NCBI GenBank assembly: GCA_043804695.1
Contig: JAZDIV010000129.1
Coordinates: 1 to 17,697 of the forward strand
Source: PVC group bacterium
Lineage (GTDB): Bacteria; Auribacterota; Erginobacteria; Erginobacterales; Erginobacteraceae
DNA: 17,697 nt
Direction of reading: 5' to 3'
Shown here: piece by piece, positions 1 through 7,683 of the stretch
Position numbering within the stretch: position 1 is the first letter of the stretch
Layout: each line of letters begins with the position of its first letter
The notes under the pieces: generated by a model
Seen by the model: only the letters and a program-made list of their open reading frames with translations
Told to the model about the DNA's origin: nothing
Databases searched by the model: none
Translations under genes and position numbers: made by a program

Positions 1-100
1 TGCGAGGAGCGTAGCGACGAAGCAATCTCAACTATATGCACAGCAAGAGATTGCTTCCCGCCACGCTTTGCTCGCGGCTTCGGCTAACGCTCGCAATGAC
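1..100. repeat. REP-like palindromic intergenic element, truncated at window start
   Basis: GAAGCAATCTC (19-29) pairs with GAGATTGCTTC (47-57). TGCGAG (1-6) pairs with CTCGCA of the terminal CTCGCAATGAC (90-100). Resembles the widespread GTCATTGCGAG...CTCGCAATGAC elements. Confidence 0.75.
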
Positions 101-143
101 CGCAATCCTTGCTGTAAATACTACAACGGTCGGATTAATAAAA

Positions 144-203
144 TACTCCTGCAATATTGCTTCAATGCTTACACATTCTTATTTTTCCTCTGAAAAAATA
201 AGA
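144..203 (+). repeat. Left arm of 60-bp inverted repeat flanking the RHH gene
   Basis: Reverse complement matches 526-585 at 52/60 positions without gaps. Contains an internal palindrome TCTTATTTTT..AAAAATAAGA. Confidence 0.9.
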
Positions 204-428
204 TTATAGATACCCGAGCTGACGGAGTTTTTCTTTCACCTGCTCGACTTCGCGGCGATCCCAGACCCGGTCATCCCCGGATGACAGCTTCGGGGTCGAG
301 GCGATATCACGCAGAATATAGACGATAAAGTCGGTTACCGAATCAAACCCCGAATCTTCTATCAAAATCTTGAGATTATTGTACAGGTTCCTCGGGATCT
401 TGATCGTCGCTTTGTCATTCGTTTTCAT
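204..428 (-). CDS. CopG/ribbon-helix-helix family transcriptional regulator (74 aa)
   Basis: ATIKIPRNLYNNLK...GFDSVTDFIVYILR is an RHH pattern, with C-terminal VKEKLRQLGYL. GGAG RBS precedes ATG at 428, so the track start at 491 is probably too long. Confidence 0.85.
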   Translation of the reverse strand: MKTNDKATIKIPRNLYNNLKILIEDSGFDSVTDFIVYILRDIASTPKLSSGDDRVWDRREVEQVKEKLRQLGYL

Positions 429-458
429 AACCAACACTCCTACTTTACTCTTATTAGA

Positions 459-491
459 GTGTAAACTACGGTAATACACCATTCTCGTCAA
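459..491 (-). promoter_or_regulatory. Putative sigma70 promoter and operator of the RHH gene
   Basis: Minus strand TTGACG (491-486), 17 nt, TAGTTT (468-463). Overlapped by the inverted repeat GTGTA...TACAC (459-479). Confidence 0.55.
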
Positions 492-525
492 GAAAAAGGT
501 GATCCAGTGCCGGGATTGAAATAAC

Positions 526-599
526 TCTTATTTTTTCTTCGAAAAAATAAGAATGTGCAAGCATTGATGCAACGTTGCAGGAGTACTTTGCAGGAGTAC
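526..599 (-). repeat. Right arm of the 60-bp inverted repeat, with duplicated outer end
   Basis: 526-585 matches 144-203. Perfect 12-bp palindrome TCTTATTTTTTC-TTC-GAAAAAATAAGA. TTGCAGGAGTAC occurs twice (575-586, 588-599). Confidence 0.9.
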
Positions 600-651
600 G
601 TTAAGTTACCGGTATTGCCTTAATAGTATTATGATGGTCTTGGTTCAAAAC

Positions 652-682
652 ATAAATTAGCGAGCGCAGCGAGCTAATTTAT
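652..682. terminator. Hairpin immediately after the cupin stop codon (terminator or mini-REP)
   Basis: ATAAATTAGC / GCTAATTTAT 10-bp stem with loop GAGCGCAGCGA. A similar GAGCGNAGCGA motif is at 7-17 and on the minus strand at ~13280-13291. Confidence 0.45.
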
Positions 683-1000
683 TTAAAAATGGACAGCCAG
701 CCAGACGGTTTCCCGGCCGGGTATTGTCCAGACAACCCGGTGCCGTTTATGAGCGGGGATCACCAGGTAATCTCCCGCTTCCATCCGGACGGATTCATTT
801 TCCTCTTCGAAGAGGAGTTCCGCCTCACCGCTTACGATCAGCACGAACTCATTCTCCTCCTGGTCGTACCAGAAGCCATCCGGTGATCGATGCCCCCGCG
901 AAACGATCCTCTCGATCCGAAATCTTTTGTTATCTGAAATAACTTCAACCAGTTCGTCAGGCAGATCGTTTGGTATATCGGAATAAATATTCTCTTTCAT
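683..1000 (-). CDS. Cupin domain protein
   Basis: RIERIVSRGHRSPDGFWYDQEENEFVLIVSG...GDYLVIPAHKRHRV...TVWLAVHF is a typical small cupin. Confidence 0.9.
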   Translation of the reverse strand: MKENIYSDIPNDLPDELVEVISDNKRFRIERIVSRGHRSPDGFWYDQEENEFVLIVSGEAELLFEEENESVRMEAGDYLVIPAHKRHRVVWTIPGRETVWLAVHF

Positions 1001-1048
1001 CTGTTTTCCGGTTCCCGTTGATACAGTCTGAACTCCCCGGAATTGCCA

Positions 1049-1240
1049 CTATTGCGTGGTCGCCGCAATCTCGATGACCTTCGCCGGAGCCTTCCCGCGG
1101 GGCCCAGGCTTTTTCTTCTTGCCGTTCATCTTGTCGAAGGCCGCGATCAGCTCAGCCTGGTGCTCCAGGGCATAGTCGATCCCGGCTTTCAGCATCGTTG
1201 CCGCCATCTCGATAACCATGCTTCTCTCCTGCTTTTTCAT
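1049..1240 (-). CDS. Small hypothetical protein (63 aa)
   Basis: Strong GGAGGTG RBS just upstream of ATG; GC3-rich codons; helical N-terminal half and basic tail. Confidence 0.65.
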   Translation of the reverse strand: MKKQERSMVIEMAATMLKAGIDYALEHQAELIAAFDKMNGKKKKPGPRGKAPAKVIEIAATTQ

Positions 1241-1387
1241 CTCTCACCTCCATACGGTTGGTGTTTTCGCTTTCACCATATATAGAAGGAGAGATTCCCG
1301 GATTCTTCCAAAAAAATATGAGTAACACTTTAGTTCTTTTAAAAAATCCACCACCGACCCTGCGTCGGTGGAGATGTGATTGATTAC

Positions 1388-1463
1388 TAAATACATCCCA
1401 CCCACCCCAAAATCCCCCACCTCCCGCGCCGGCGCGGGAGGTGGGGAGAGGGGGATGTATTTA
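1388..1463. repeat. Long palindromic element
   Basis: Perfect 32-bp palindrome at 1415-1446, with outer arms TAAATACATCCC (1388-1399) and GGGATGTATTTA (1452-1463). Confidence 0.85.
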
Positions 1464-1526
1464 AAGACCGTCCCCTACTATTTTTGATAAAGTAGTTCAA
1501 TAATCAAGACCGTCCCCTACTATTTT
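1464..1526 (+). repeat. 21-bp direct repeat, two copies
   Basis: AAGACCGTCCCCTACTATTTT at 1464-1484 and 1506-1526. Confidence 0.9.
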
Positions 1527-2134
1527 CGCCAGTGCCCAGATTTCGTAGACACACTCCTTCACCGCGTCGTATTTGGACGGTGCCCCGCGCTTGCAAAGGG
1601 CGGCAAAGAGGTCGGAGAAACCGTCTTCCCCGGTATCACCGGCATCGGGGAAAATTAATAGTGGAAAAATATGCCTGTCACGACTTCATTATAAATGGAA
1701 ATCGGCATACTATTTCCCGGAGGATTAAACCGGGGCCCGGAAAGTCAGCGCTGAACCGGGCTCTACGAGATCCATCTTAACAAATCAGGCGATCAGAGTA
1801 AATATTACCCGGCAGGTCAATTTCTTAAGAGGGGAAAGCTCAAACTAACCAAATCCTCCCTCCGGGACGCGTTATCAAAACTCACCGCGATGATTGAGAC
1901 TCACCGGCAGGGGCGGGCTGTCTTCGGTACGCTGCTCATCTCACTAAGATGTGTCCAATCTGCCGGGCGAGGCATCCCCGGCGCGGCGGCGGGCCTCAAC
2001 CACCTTCAGTCTTGCACTCCTTCCCGCTCTTTGCTACACTTATCTCCATGAAAGTGCTTCTTCGGCCCGATTTCAACGGGCGCGGGGCCGTCCTGCCCAA
2101 AAAGCGATTTCTTATCAATTATTGTGAATCGTAG

Positions 2135-2209
2135 GCTCATCTCCTCCTGAGGCGCCTGTCCGCCTCTGGAGGAGACAAGAGCCTCAGGCTGAAATTTCCG
2201 AAGCAGCAA
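2135..2209 (+). repeat. Dispersed MITE-like element, copy 1
   Basis: 2180-2209 matches the reverse complement of 5813-5842 at 29/30. CATCTCCTCCTGAGGCG resembles the reverse complement of CGCCTCAGGCGGAGATG near 5860-5876. Confidence 0.8.
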
Positions 2210-2268
2210 ATCAGCGACTGCGACGCTGATTCAGCAACGGAGATTTTGCTTCCCGGGAAATTGTTGCC

Positions 2269-3831
2269 ATGGCCAAGATTCTTGTCGTCGATGATGAAGC
2301 CGATTCCCTGCGGATGATCCAGCTCATGATCAAGCTGGAGCTGGGATACGACGTCATCACCGCCAACACGGGTGCGGAAGCCCTGGAAAAGTCTCACCTG
2401 GCGGACGCCATCCTGACCGATGTGGTCATGCCGGTCATGGACGGCCTCCAGCTCTGCCAGGCGCTCAATGAAAGGGAAGATACCCGGAACACCCCCGTTA
2501 TCTTGATGACCTCCTACCTCTCCCCGGAGATCTCCGCGCAGGTCAAGGAGATGAATCTGGCCTACGTCGACTTCCTCTCCAAGCCCTTAAACCGGGAAGA
2601 ACTATGCAACCGACTGCAGATGCTGCTGCGGATCAAGGACGCGGAACGTAGACTCGATCAGGCCAGTCTGCCGGATAGCGACAAGCTGCACATCCTGCTG
2701 ACGGCCTGCGAGACATCCTCCGAAGGTATAACGATGACCGACCGGGAGGGGAAGTGGATCTTCGTCAACCAGGCGGAGAGAAAGATGTTCGGCTACCTCA
2801 TGGGAGAGCTCATGAATCTCAAACCGGCGGACCTCTACGATGAAATCGGCGCCGCCAGACTCAAGGATGAGGTAATCCCCAACCTGAAAAAAACCGGCAA
2901 CTGGGAAGGCGAACTCACGGGTAAGAAAGCAAGCGGCGAGAATTTTCCCCTGCACCTGACACTTTCCTCGGTCACCGATCAGTACAACAAGTTCCTGGGG
3001 ATCATGTCCTTCAGCACGGACATCAGCGAGACTAAAAAGTTCGAAGAGAATCTCCGGCAAAGAAGCCTGGATCTTCTAGGGGTCAACCGGCGTCTGCAGA
3101 AAGCCTATACCGAACTTATGGACGCCCAGCAAGCCCTGGTCCAGTCGGAGCGGATGAAGACGGTGGGAGAGATGGCCGGGGGTCTGGCCCACGACATAAA
3201 AAACCTCCTCTCCGGTCTGAAGGGCGGCATTGACATAGTGGATCACTGCCTGAACCGGAACGAATACAACAAACTGGCGGATGGGTGGCAGATGCTGAAA
3301 CGCGGCCACCAGCGGGTGGGGGAACTGGTGGAGGACCTGCTCTTCTGCTCCCGGAGAGTCAAACCTGATTATAAGATGGCCGACATATCGGAAATTATCC
3401 GGGTGGAAGGGGAGCTTTTCCAGGAACAGGCGAAACGCCAGGGAATCCGCCTGAAACTGGATACCCCCCGGGGCATCCCGAAATTCTACTTTGACCCCAA
3501 AAGTTGTCGGCGTTGCCTCGCCAACCTGCTCTCAAACGCCCTTGACTCCCTGAATGGCGTAAAGTCCCCTCAGATAACCATCTCCGCCTCTCTTGATCAA
3601 AAAGCCGGGGAGATAACCATCTCGGTGGCCGACAACGGTAGGGGAATGAGTGAAACCGAGAGGGCGAAGATATTCGAGATCCTTTACACCACCAAGAAGA
3701 AAGGGATCGGACTGGGCCTGGTGATAGTCAAAAAAGCCGTCATCGAGCACGACGGCAGAATCGAAGTGCTCTCCCGCGAAAATGTCGGGACTACGTTTAA
3801 AGTCACACTGCCGCTAAGGAACAAGCCATGA
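2269..3831 (+). CDS. Hybrid sensor histidine kinase (REC-PAS-HisKA-HATPase), cytoplasmic
   Basis: KILVVDD / TDVVMPVMDG / KP receiver domain; FVNQA...WEGEL PAS domain; H-box AHDIKN; N-box NLLSNA; DNGRGM; GIGLGL. Confidence 0.95.
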   Translation: MAKILVVDDEADSLRMIQLMIKLELGYDVITANTGAEALEKSHLADAILTDVVMPVMDGLQLCQALNEREDTRNTPVILMTSYLSPEISAQVKEMNLAYVDFLSKPLNREELCNRLQMLLRIKDAERRLDQASLPDSDKLHILLTACETSSEGITMTDREGKWIFVNQAERKMFGYLMGELMNLKPADLYDEIGAARLKDEVIPNLKKTGNWEGELTGKKASGENFPLHLTLSSVTDQYNKFLGIMSFSTDISETKKFEENLRQRSLDLLGVNRRLQKAYTELMDAQQALVQSERMKTVGEMAGGLAHDIKNLLSGLKGGIDIVDHCLNRNEYNKLADGWQMLKRGHQRVGELVEDLLFCSRRVKPDYKMADISEIIRVEGELFQEQAKRQGIRLKLDTPRGIPKFYFDPKSCRRCLANLLSNALDSLNGVKSPQITISASLDQKAGEITISVADNGRGMSETERAKIFEILYTTKKKGIGLGLVIVKKAVIEHDGRIEVLSRENVGTTFKVTLPLRNKP

Positions 3832-4253
3832 ACTTCAAGAAACTGTTCGGACTGAAACGGAGTGATGCGGGGTCCGGGGAAAGGACCGCGAAGAAGACCA
3901 TCCTGGTAGTCGATGATGACCCGGATGTGGTCAAGTATGAAACCTTCATCCTGGAAGACGCGGGTTTCAACGTGCTGGCCGCCGAGAAGGGGGGGGAGGG
4001 CCTGAAGATCGCCAGGAACCAGTTGCCCGACATGATCCTCCTGGACATAGACCTGCCCACACTGGGGGGGTTTCAATTCTGCCGGATGCTGAAGGAGAAC
4101 CCAAAAACCAGTCATATCCCGGTGATCATGGTCTCCGGCCTGGATAAGATGGAGGACTATCTCAGGTCGGCCCGGGAAGGAGCGGAAGCTTTCGTCGGGA
4201 AACCCATCGACCGGGCGGAACTCCTGAACAAGATCAAGATACACCTGCCCTGA
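3828..4253 (+). CDS. Single-domain response regulator (CheY-like) with N-terminal extension
   Basis: ILVVDDD, LLDIDLP, IPVIMVS and GKP motifs. ATGA overlap with the kinase stop codon. Confidence 0.93.
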   Translation: MNFKKLFGLKRSDAGSGERTAKKTILVVDDDPDVVKYETFILEDAGFNVLAAEKGGEGLKIARNQLPDMILLDIDLPTLGGFQFCRMLKENPKTSHIPVIMVSGLDKMEDYLRSAREGAEAFVGKPIDRAELLNKIKIHLP

Positions 4254-4522
4254 TCGGGGTTGCTCCAGGCACTCAGGCCCCACCACTCTTTTTTCTTCGC
4301 GTCCGGGAAGACCTTGAACTCCGGTTCTTTCCGGAAGAGGTTAAAATTCCAAGGGCACCAAGATGGGGATATTAATTCAAGAAGCCTTAGATCCGGTTTT
4401 TGAATCTAAAAAATGCGGCTAAGACCCGTTTTGGATGGTGTTCTGGTCTTATCATCCAGCGACCCAATAAGATAATGTGGTCCGACCCCAAAAACGCTGG
4501 TTGGGCTTGCGGGCCGCACCCG

Positions 4523-4557
4523 GATAGTGTATAGCATATCGGTATCAAAACACTATC
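4523..4557. promoter_or_regulatory. Putative toxin-antitoxin operator
   Basis: GATAGTGT (4523-4530) and ACACTATC (4550-4557) form an inverted repeat just upstream of the AGGAGG RBS. Confidence 0.5.
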
Positions 4558-4571
4558 GAAAGGAGGAATTA

Positions 4572-4799
4572 ATGCCCGCGTTGCTCATCAAAAACTTGCC
4601 GCCGGATCTGCACGAACGCCTCCGCAGGTGCGCCGCGGAGCATCACCGATCCATGAACCGCGAGGTCATCGCGATCCTGGAAAAGGAAATAGGGGCGAGG
4701 CAACCCGGTGAACTCCCGCCGCCGGTAAAGGGATTGAAACCGGTTGATGGCGAATGGATCGCCCAGGTTATCCGTGACGCCAGGGACGGGAAACGATGA
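4572..4799 (+). CDS. Arc/FitA-like ribbon-helix-helix antitoxin
   Basis: MPALLIKNLPPDLHERLRRCAAEHHRSMNREVIAIL; AGGAGG RBS at 4561; overlaps the PIN toxin start. Confidence 0.9.
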   Translation: MPALLIKNLPPDLHERLRRCAAEHHRSMNREVIAILEKEIGARQPGELPPPVKGLKPVDGEWIAQVIRDARDGKR

Positions 4800-5263
4800 T
4801 CGTAGTGGATGCCAACACGATCATATACCTGGTCAGGGACACGTCTTTCACCCCCCTGGCCCGCGAGGTGTACGCCGCGGATCCCCACTGGGTCGCGCCT
4901 CCTTTATGGAAGCCGGAGGTCCTCAACGGGCTCCTCCGGGAAGTGAAAGCGGGACACATTGCGCTGGAGGCGGCCATCGAGGCGGCGAATATGGCGTCGC
5001 GCGTTCTTCTTGATCGGATACAGGATTGCGCGCCCGCTCTGATACTGCAAACAGCGGAAGAAGCGGGGCTGACTGCCTACGACGCGTACTATGTCGCTTT
5101 GGCCCGTTCATTGGGCATTGTTCTTGTCACGGAGGACCGTCGAATCAAGAAGAACTGCCCCGACGTGGCACGCTCGATGAAGGCGTTTCTCGGACTTCCG
5201 GAGAAATCGTCCGGTGTGCGGGAGAAACGCGCTGCCTACCAGACTCGCCGGAAAAAGAAGTAA
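4796..5263 (+). CDS. vapC: VapC-family PIN domain toxin
   Basis: MIVVDAN, conserved Glu (PEVLN), LTAYDAYYVALA and LVTED acidic PIN motifs. Confidence 0.93.
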   Translation: MIVVDANTIIYLVRDTSFTPLAREVYAADPHWVAPPLWKPEVLNGLLREVKAGHIALEAAIEAANMASRVLLDRIQDCAPALILQTAEEAGLTAYDAYYVALARSLGIVLVTEDRRIKKNCPDVARSMKAFLGLPEKSSGVREKRAAYQTRRKKK

Positions 5264-5592
5264 CGCCAGCTACTGCAGGCGGATGTTGCCGCCGGTGTTA
5301 CGCCTCCGCGACAGGGCGGCCTGATTTTTCTCATCGCAAAGGTGGTCCGCCGAAAAAGCCGCTGAGCTCTTTTTTTAACCAGCCGCCAGGGCGCGAGAAA
5401 AGGCTTCTGCTTGATGACCAGAACCGCCGTTGCCCCTTCCAGCCGGTATTCCCCCCCAACGCCTGCTCCTTTGACGCTGCCCCAGTTTGAATCTTCACTG
5501 ATGGTCACGCCATTCTCCCTGGCCAGGTCCCGGGCCTTGCTGATGAATTCCTCCAGATCGCCCGGAATCCGGAACCTGTACGTTTTGCTCAT
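5236..5592 (-). CDS. Small hypothetical protein, possibly frameshifted (true stop probably 5331)
   Basis: RBS and ATG at 5592. Plausible globular sequence up to KPFLAPWRLVKK, after which the frame overlaps the vapC 3' end. Removing one base from the A7 run gives ELSGFFGGPPLR-stop. Confidence 0.6.
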   Translation of the reverse strand: MSKTYRFRIPGDLEEFISKARDLARENGVTISEDSNWGSVKGAGVGGEYRLEGATAVLVIKQKPFLAPWRLVKKRAQRLFRRTTFAMRKIRPPCRGGVTPAATSACSSWRYFFFRRVW

Positions 5593-5636
5593 ATTCCTGG
5601 TCCCCCGATTGATTCAATCATGGTAGAGCGGTGACT

Positions 5637-5711
5637 GCCCCCCCTCCCCCCGCGAAGTTGCGGGGGGAGGGGGGCGCTTCAAGCAAAGTAACACAGGCAT
5701 TCCTGCCTGTG
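5637..5711. repeat. Two adjacent hairpins, the second REP-like
   Basis: 15-bp G/C stem at 5639-5653 / 5660-5674. GTAA followed by CACAGGCA-TTCC-TGCCTGTG at 5688-5711. Confidence 0.7.
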
Positions 5712-5812
5712 CCGCCCTCCTTTTCTTTTCGCCTTTTCATTTCCTCAGGCAGTTGTTAAAAGCTCCGCCAGGGAAGGGATATGAATCCTGAGCAAGGCGC
5801 GAAGCACCCAAC

Positions 5813-5888
5813 TTGCTGCTTCGGAATTTTCAGCCTGAGGCTTCAGCCCGAGGCTGATCCGCCTCAGGCGGAGATGCGCCTCTGGCGC
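5813..5888 (-). repeat. Dispersed MITE-like element, copy 2
   Basis: Inverted match to 2135-2209. Contains CCGCCTCAGGCGG and GCGCCTCTGGCGC mini-palindromes. Confidence 0.8.
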
Positions 5889-5901
5889 ACAATAATTATT
5901 A

Positions 5902-5985
5902 GCCACCAAGTCACAAAGGCACCAAGAAAAGAGGGAAAAGGGCAAGATACTCACCTTATTTGGTTTTTCTTAGTGTCTTAGTGGC
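5902..5985. repeat. Inverted nonamer-repeat element (CACNAAG units)
   Basis: GCCACCAAGTCACAAAGGCACCAAG ... CTTAGTGTCTTAGTGGC. Confidence 0.8.
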
Positions 5986-6129
5986 GAAAAGTTGCGCCGG
6001 AGGCGCTAAGTTCTATATAAGGGGATATCCCGCCTTTTTTCCATAAAAAATAATTGGAAAAACGGCGGGGTTTGGCCTTATTATTATATAAAGAAGAGAG
6101 ACACGGATAACCACCAACCGGGGGTCGCC

Positions 6130-6522
6130 ATGTTCAAGAAACGCAGGCAGGCGCCGGATATAATGCCCGAGGATCTGTTCATCAGCATCCTGACATTCTT
6201 TTCCGGGAGTGAGCGGTACTTCACGGCCGACACGCCGATGGCCGATGTCGAAACCAAGGAATTTGACGAGCGTAAGCTCTGGCTGTCCCTCACGTCCTAC
6301 GAGCTGACCCTGGGGGTGGACATCACCAAAGAGATGGTTGACCTGGGGAAGCTTTCCGGGATGACGATCGGCGAGTTCGCCCGGGCGGCAGCTAAACTGC
6401 CAAAAGTCCGGGATTCCCTCCAGATTGCCCGCTTCGTCCAGTCGGTGGACGAGGTCATCGAGTCCTTCGCGCCCGAGAAAGGCGAGGAAGAGTGGCTAAA
6501 CCTGCCGGAGCCGGAGGAGTAG
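6130..6522 (+). CDS. Hypothetical protein with weak acyl-carrier-protein-like pattern
   Basis: 130-aa ORF, GC3-rich, GGGGG RBS. TADTPMADV...YELTLGVDI...TIGEF resembles the ACP spacing but lacks DSL. Confidence 0.75.
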   Translation: MFKKRRQAPDIMPEDLFISILTFFSGSERYFTADTPMADVETKEFDERKLWLSLTSYELTLGVDITKEMVDLGKLSGMTIGEFARAAAKLPKVRDSLQIARFVQSVDEVIESFAPEKGEEEWLNLPEPEE

Positions 6523-6552
6523 ACGGGATTCGAAACTTATTCACCTGCCGGG

Positions 6553-6648
6553 CCCCTCACCCCTCCCTCGGCAAGCTCCCTTCGACTTCGCTCAGGGTCT
6601 TCGACGGGACAAGTTGCCCCTCTCCCCCAAAAATTGGGGGGAGAGGGG
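6553..6648. repeat. Nested palindromic REP-like element between convergent genes
   Basis: CCCCTCACCCC (6553-6563) is separated from the CCCCTCTCCCCC...GGGGGAGAGGGG hairpin (6617-6648) by a segment containing CCTTCGACTTCGCTCAGG. Confidence 0.7.
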
Positions 6649-6737
6649 AGCTTTTTTCGCAATGTTGTGATGTATCACCCCGTCGAGGTGGAAAAGCAAA
6701 CGCCGCAACCAAGGAATCCGAATGGGCCACTCCCGGA

Positions 6738-7679
6738 CTAATTCATCTCTTGATAGAAATACTCCATCCATTCCGGGGAAAACCATGGACAACACATTTC
6801 TCTTTTTTCAGTTTCCGGCGGCGGCGCGCTGGGGCCGATATAGGTCATGGTTATGAGTACCCGGTTGGTCTCCCAGTTTTCGTCCACGCTGTGCTCGTCA
6901 TCCGCGAGAAGGGTGACTTTGCCCTCAAAGCTGGTGGCCCGGAACGTGAGATATCCCATAAAATGGTTGTACCCATCCCCAAAGGATCCGGTCATCATCA
7001 CGTGAACGCCGTCATCGGGGTCATCATCCATCCGCAGGGTCACTATTTTATGGTTCTCGTCGTAGCGGGCAAGCTCCCAGGCATACTGAATAATCAGGCC
7101 GCCGGTTCGCAGTTCGTTCACCGTACCGTTTTTCCCGAAGAAGAATTCGCTCTCTTCCCGTTCCGATCCCGGAAGCGCGGCCAGCCAGTGCCCCCAAAAG
7201 GCGTTTGCCGGGGTCGAGGTGTCGCGGGCTCCTCTTCCGGGCCGATCACCGCCGTGACGGCGATATATTTCTTCCAGACTCCTGCATTCTTCCTGCACCG
7301 CGTAAAGAAGGGGAGTATTCCCGTTTTTCGTCTCCGCCCGGACATCGGCGCCGGCGGCAAGCAAAAGAGCGGCCATTTCTTCCCATCCGGCGCGGGTAGC
7401 AATGTGAAGCGGGGTATAGCCAAACTCGCCCTCGACCGCTTCAAGTCCGGCGCCGTTTTTGATCAGCAGCCGGGCAATCTCCGTATGGTTATTGAACGCG
7501 GCATGGTGGAGGGTCATCGAACCAGACTCGTCCGGCAAATTGACGTCGGCACCTTCCTGGATCAGCCTGTTCACTTCGGCGATGTCACCGTCCAGAACGG
7601 CTTCCTTCAGACCACCGGCAGTAAGAGCGCCGGCCGGGAGGAGAGAGAGGATTAAGAGAATTGGATAAGCATTTTTCAT
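6738..7679 (-). CDS. Secreted ankyrin repeat protein with unknown C-terminal domain
   Basis: Signal-peptide-like MKNAYPILLILSLLPAGALTA. Ankyrin motifs GADVN, TLHHAA, YTPLHIA, GNTPLLYAV. Start chosen at ATG 7679. Confidence 0.88.
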   Translation of the reverse strand: MKNAYPILLILSLLPAGALTAGGLKEAVLDGDIAEVNRLIQEGADVNLPDESGSMTLHHAAFNNHTEIARLLIKNGAGLEAVEGEFGYTPLHIATRAGWEEMAALLLAAGADVRAETKNGNTPLLYAVQEECRSLEEIYRRHGGDRPGRGARDTSTPANAFWGHWLAALPGSEREESEFFFGKNGTVNELRTGGLIIQYAWELARYDENHKIVTLRMDDDPDDGVHVMMTGSFGDGYNHFMGYLTFRATSFEGKVTLLADDEHSVDENWETNRVLITMTYIGPSAPPPETEKREMCCPWFSPEWMEYFYQEMN

Positions 7680-7683
7680 TTGG

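Noticed and set aside
1700..2130. Riboswitch or ncRNA upstream of the kinase
   Set aside because: No recognisable aptamer consensus by eye; an Rfam search would be needed.
2006..2209. Similar short ORFs at 2006-2209, 2137-2397 and 5781-5981
   Set aside because: The similarity (CCFG.FSLRL) comes from the shared DNA repeat, not from a protein family.
2602..4286. Several minus-strand ORFs
   Set aside because: Shadows of the kinase and response regulator in GC-rich DNA.
6492..7655. 387-aa plus-strand ORF
   Set aside because: Antisense shadow of the ankyrin gene that also runs through repeat elements; no recognisable motifs.
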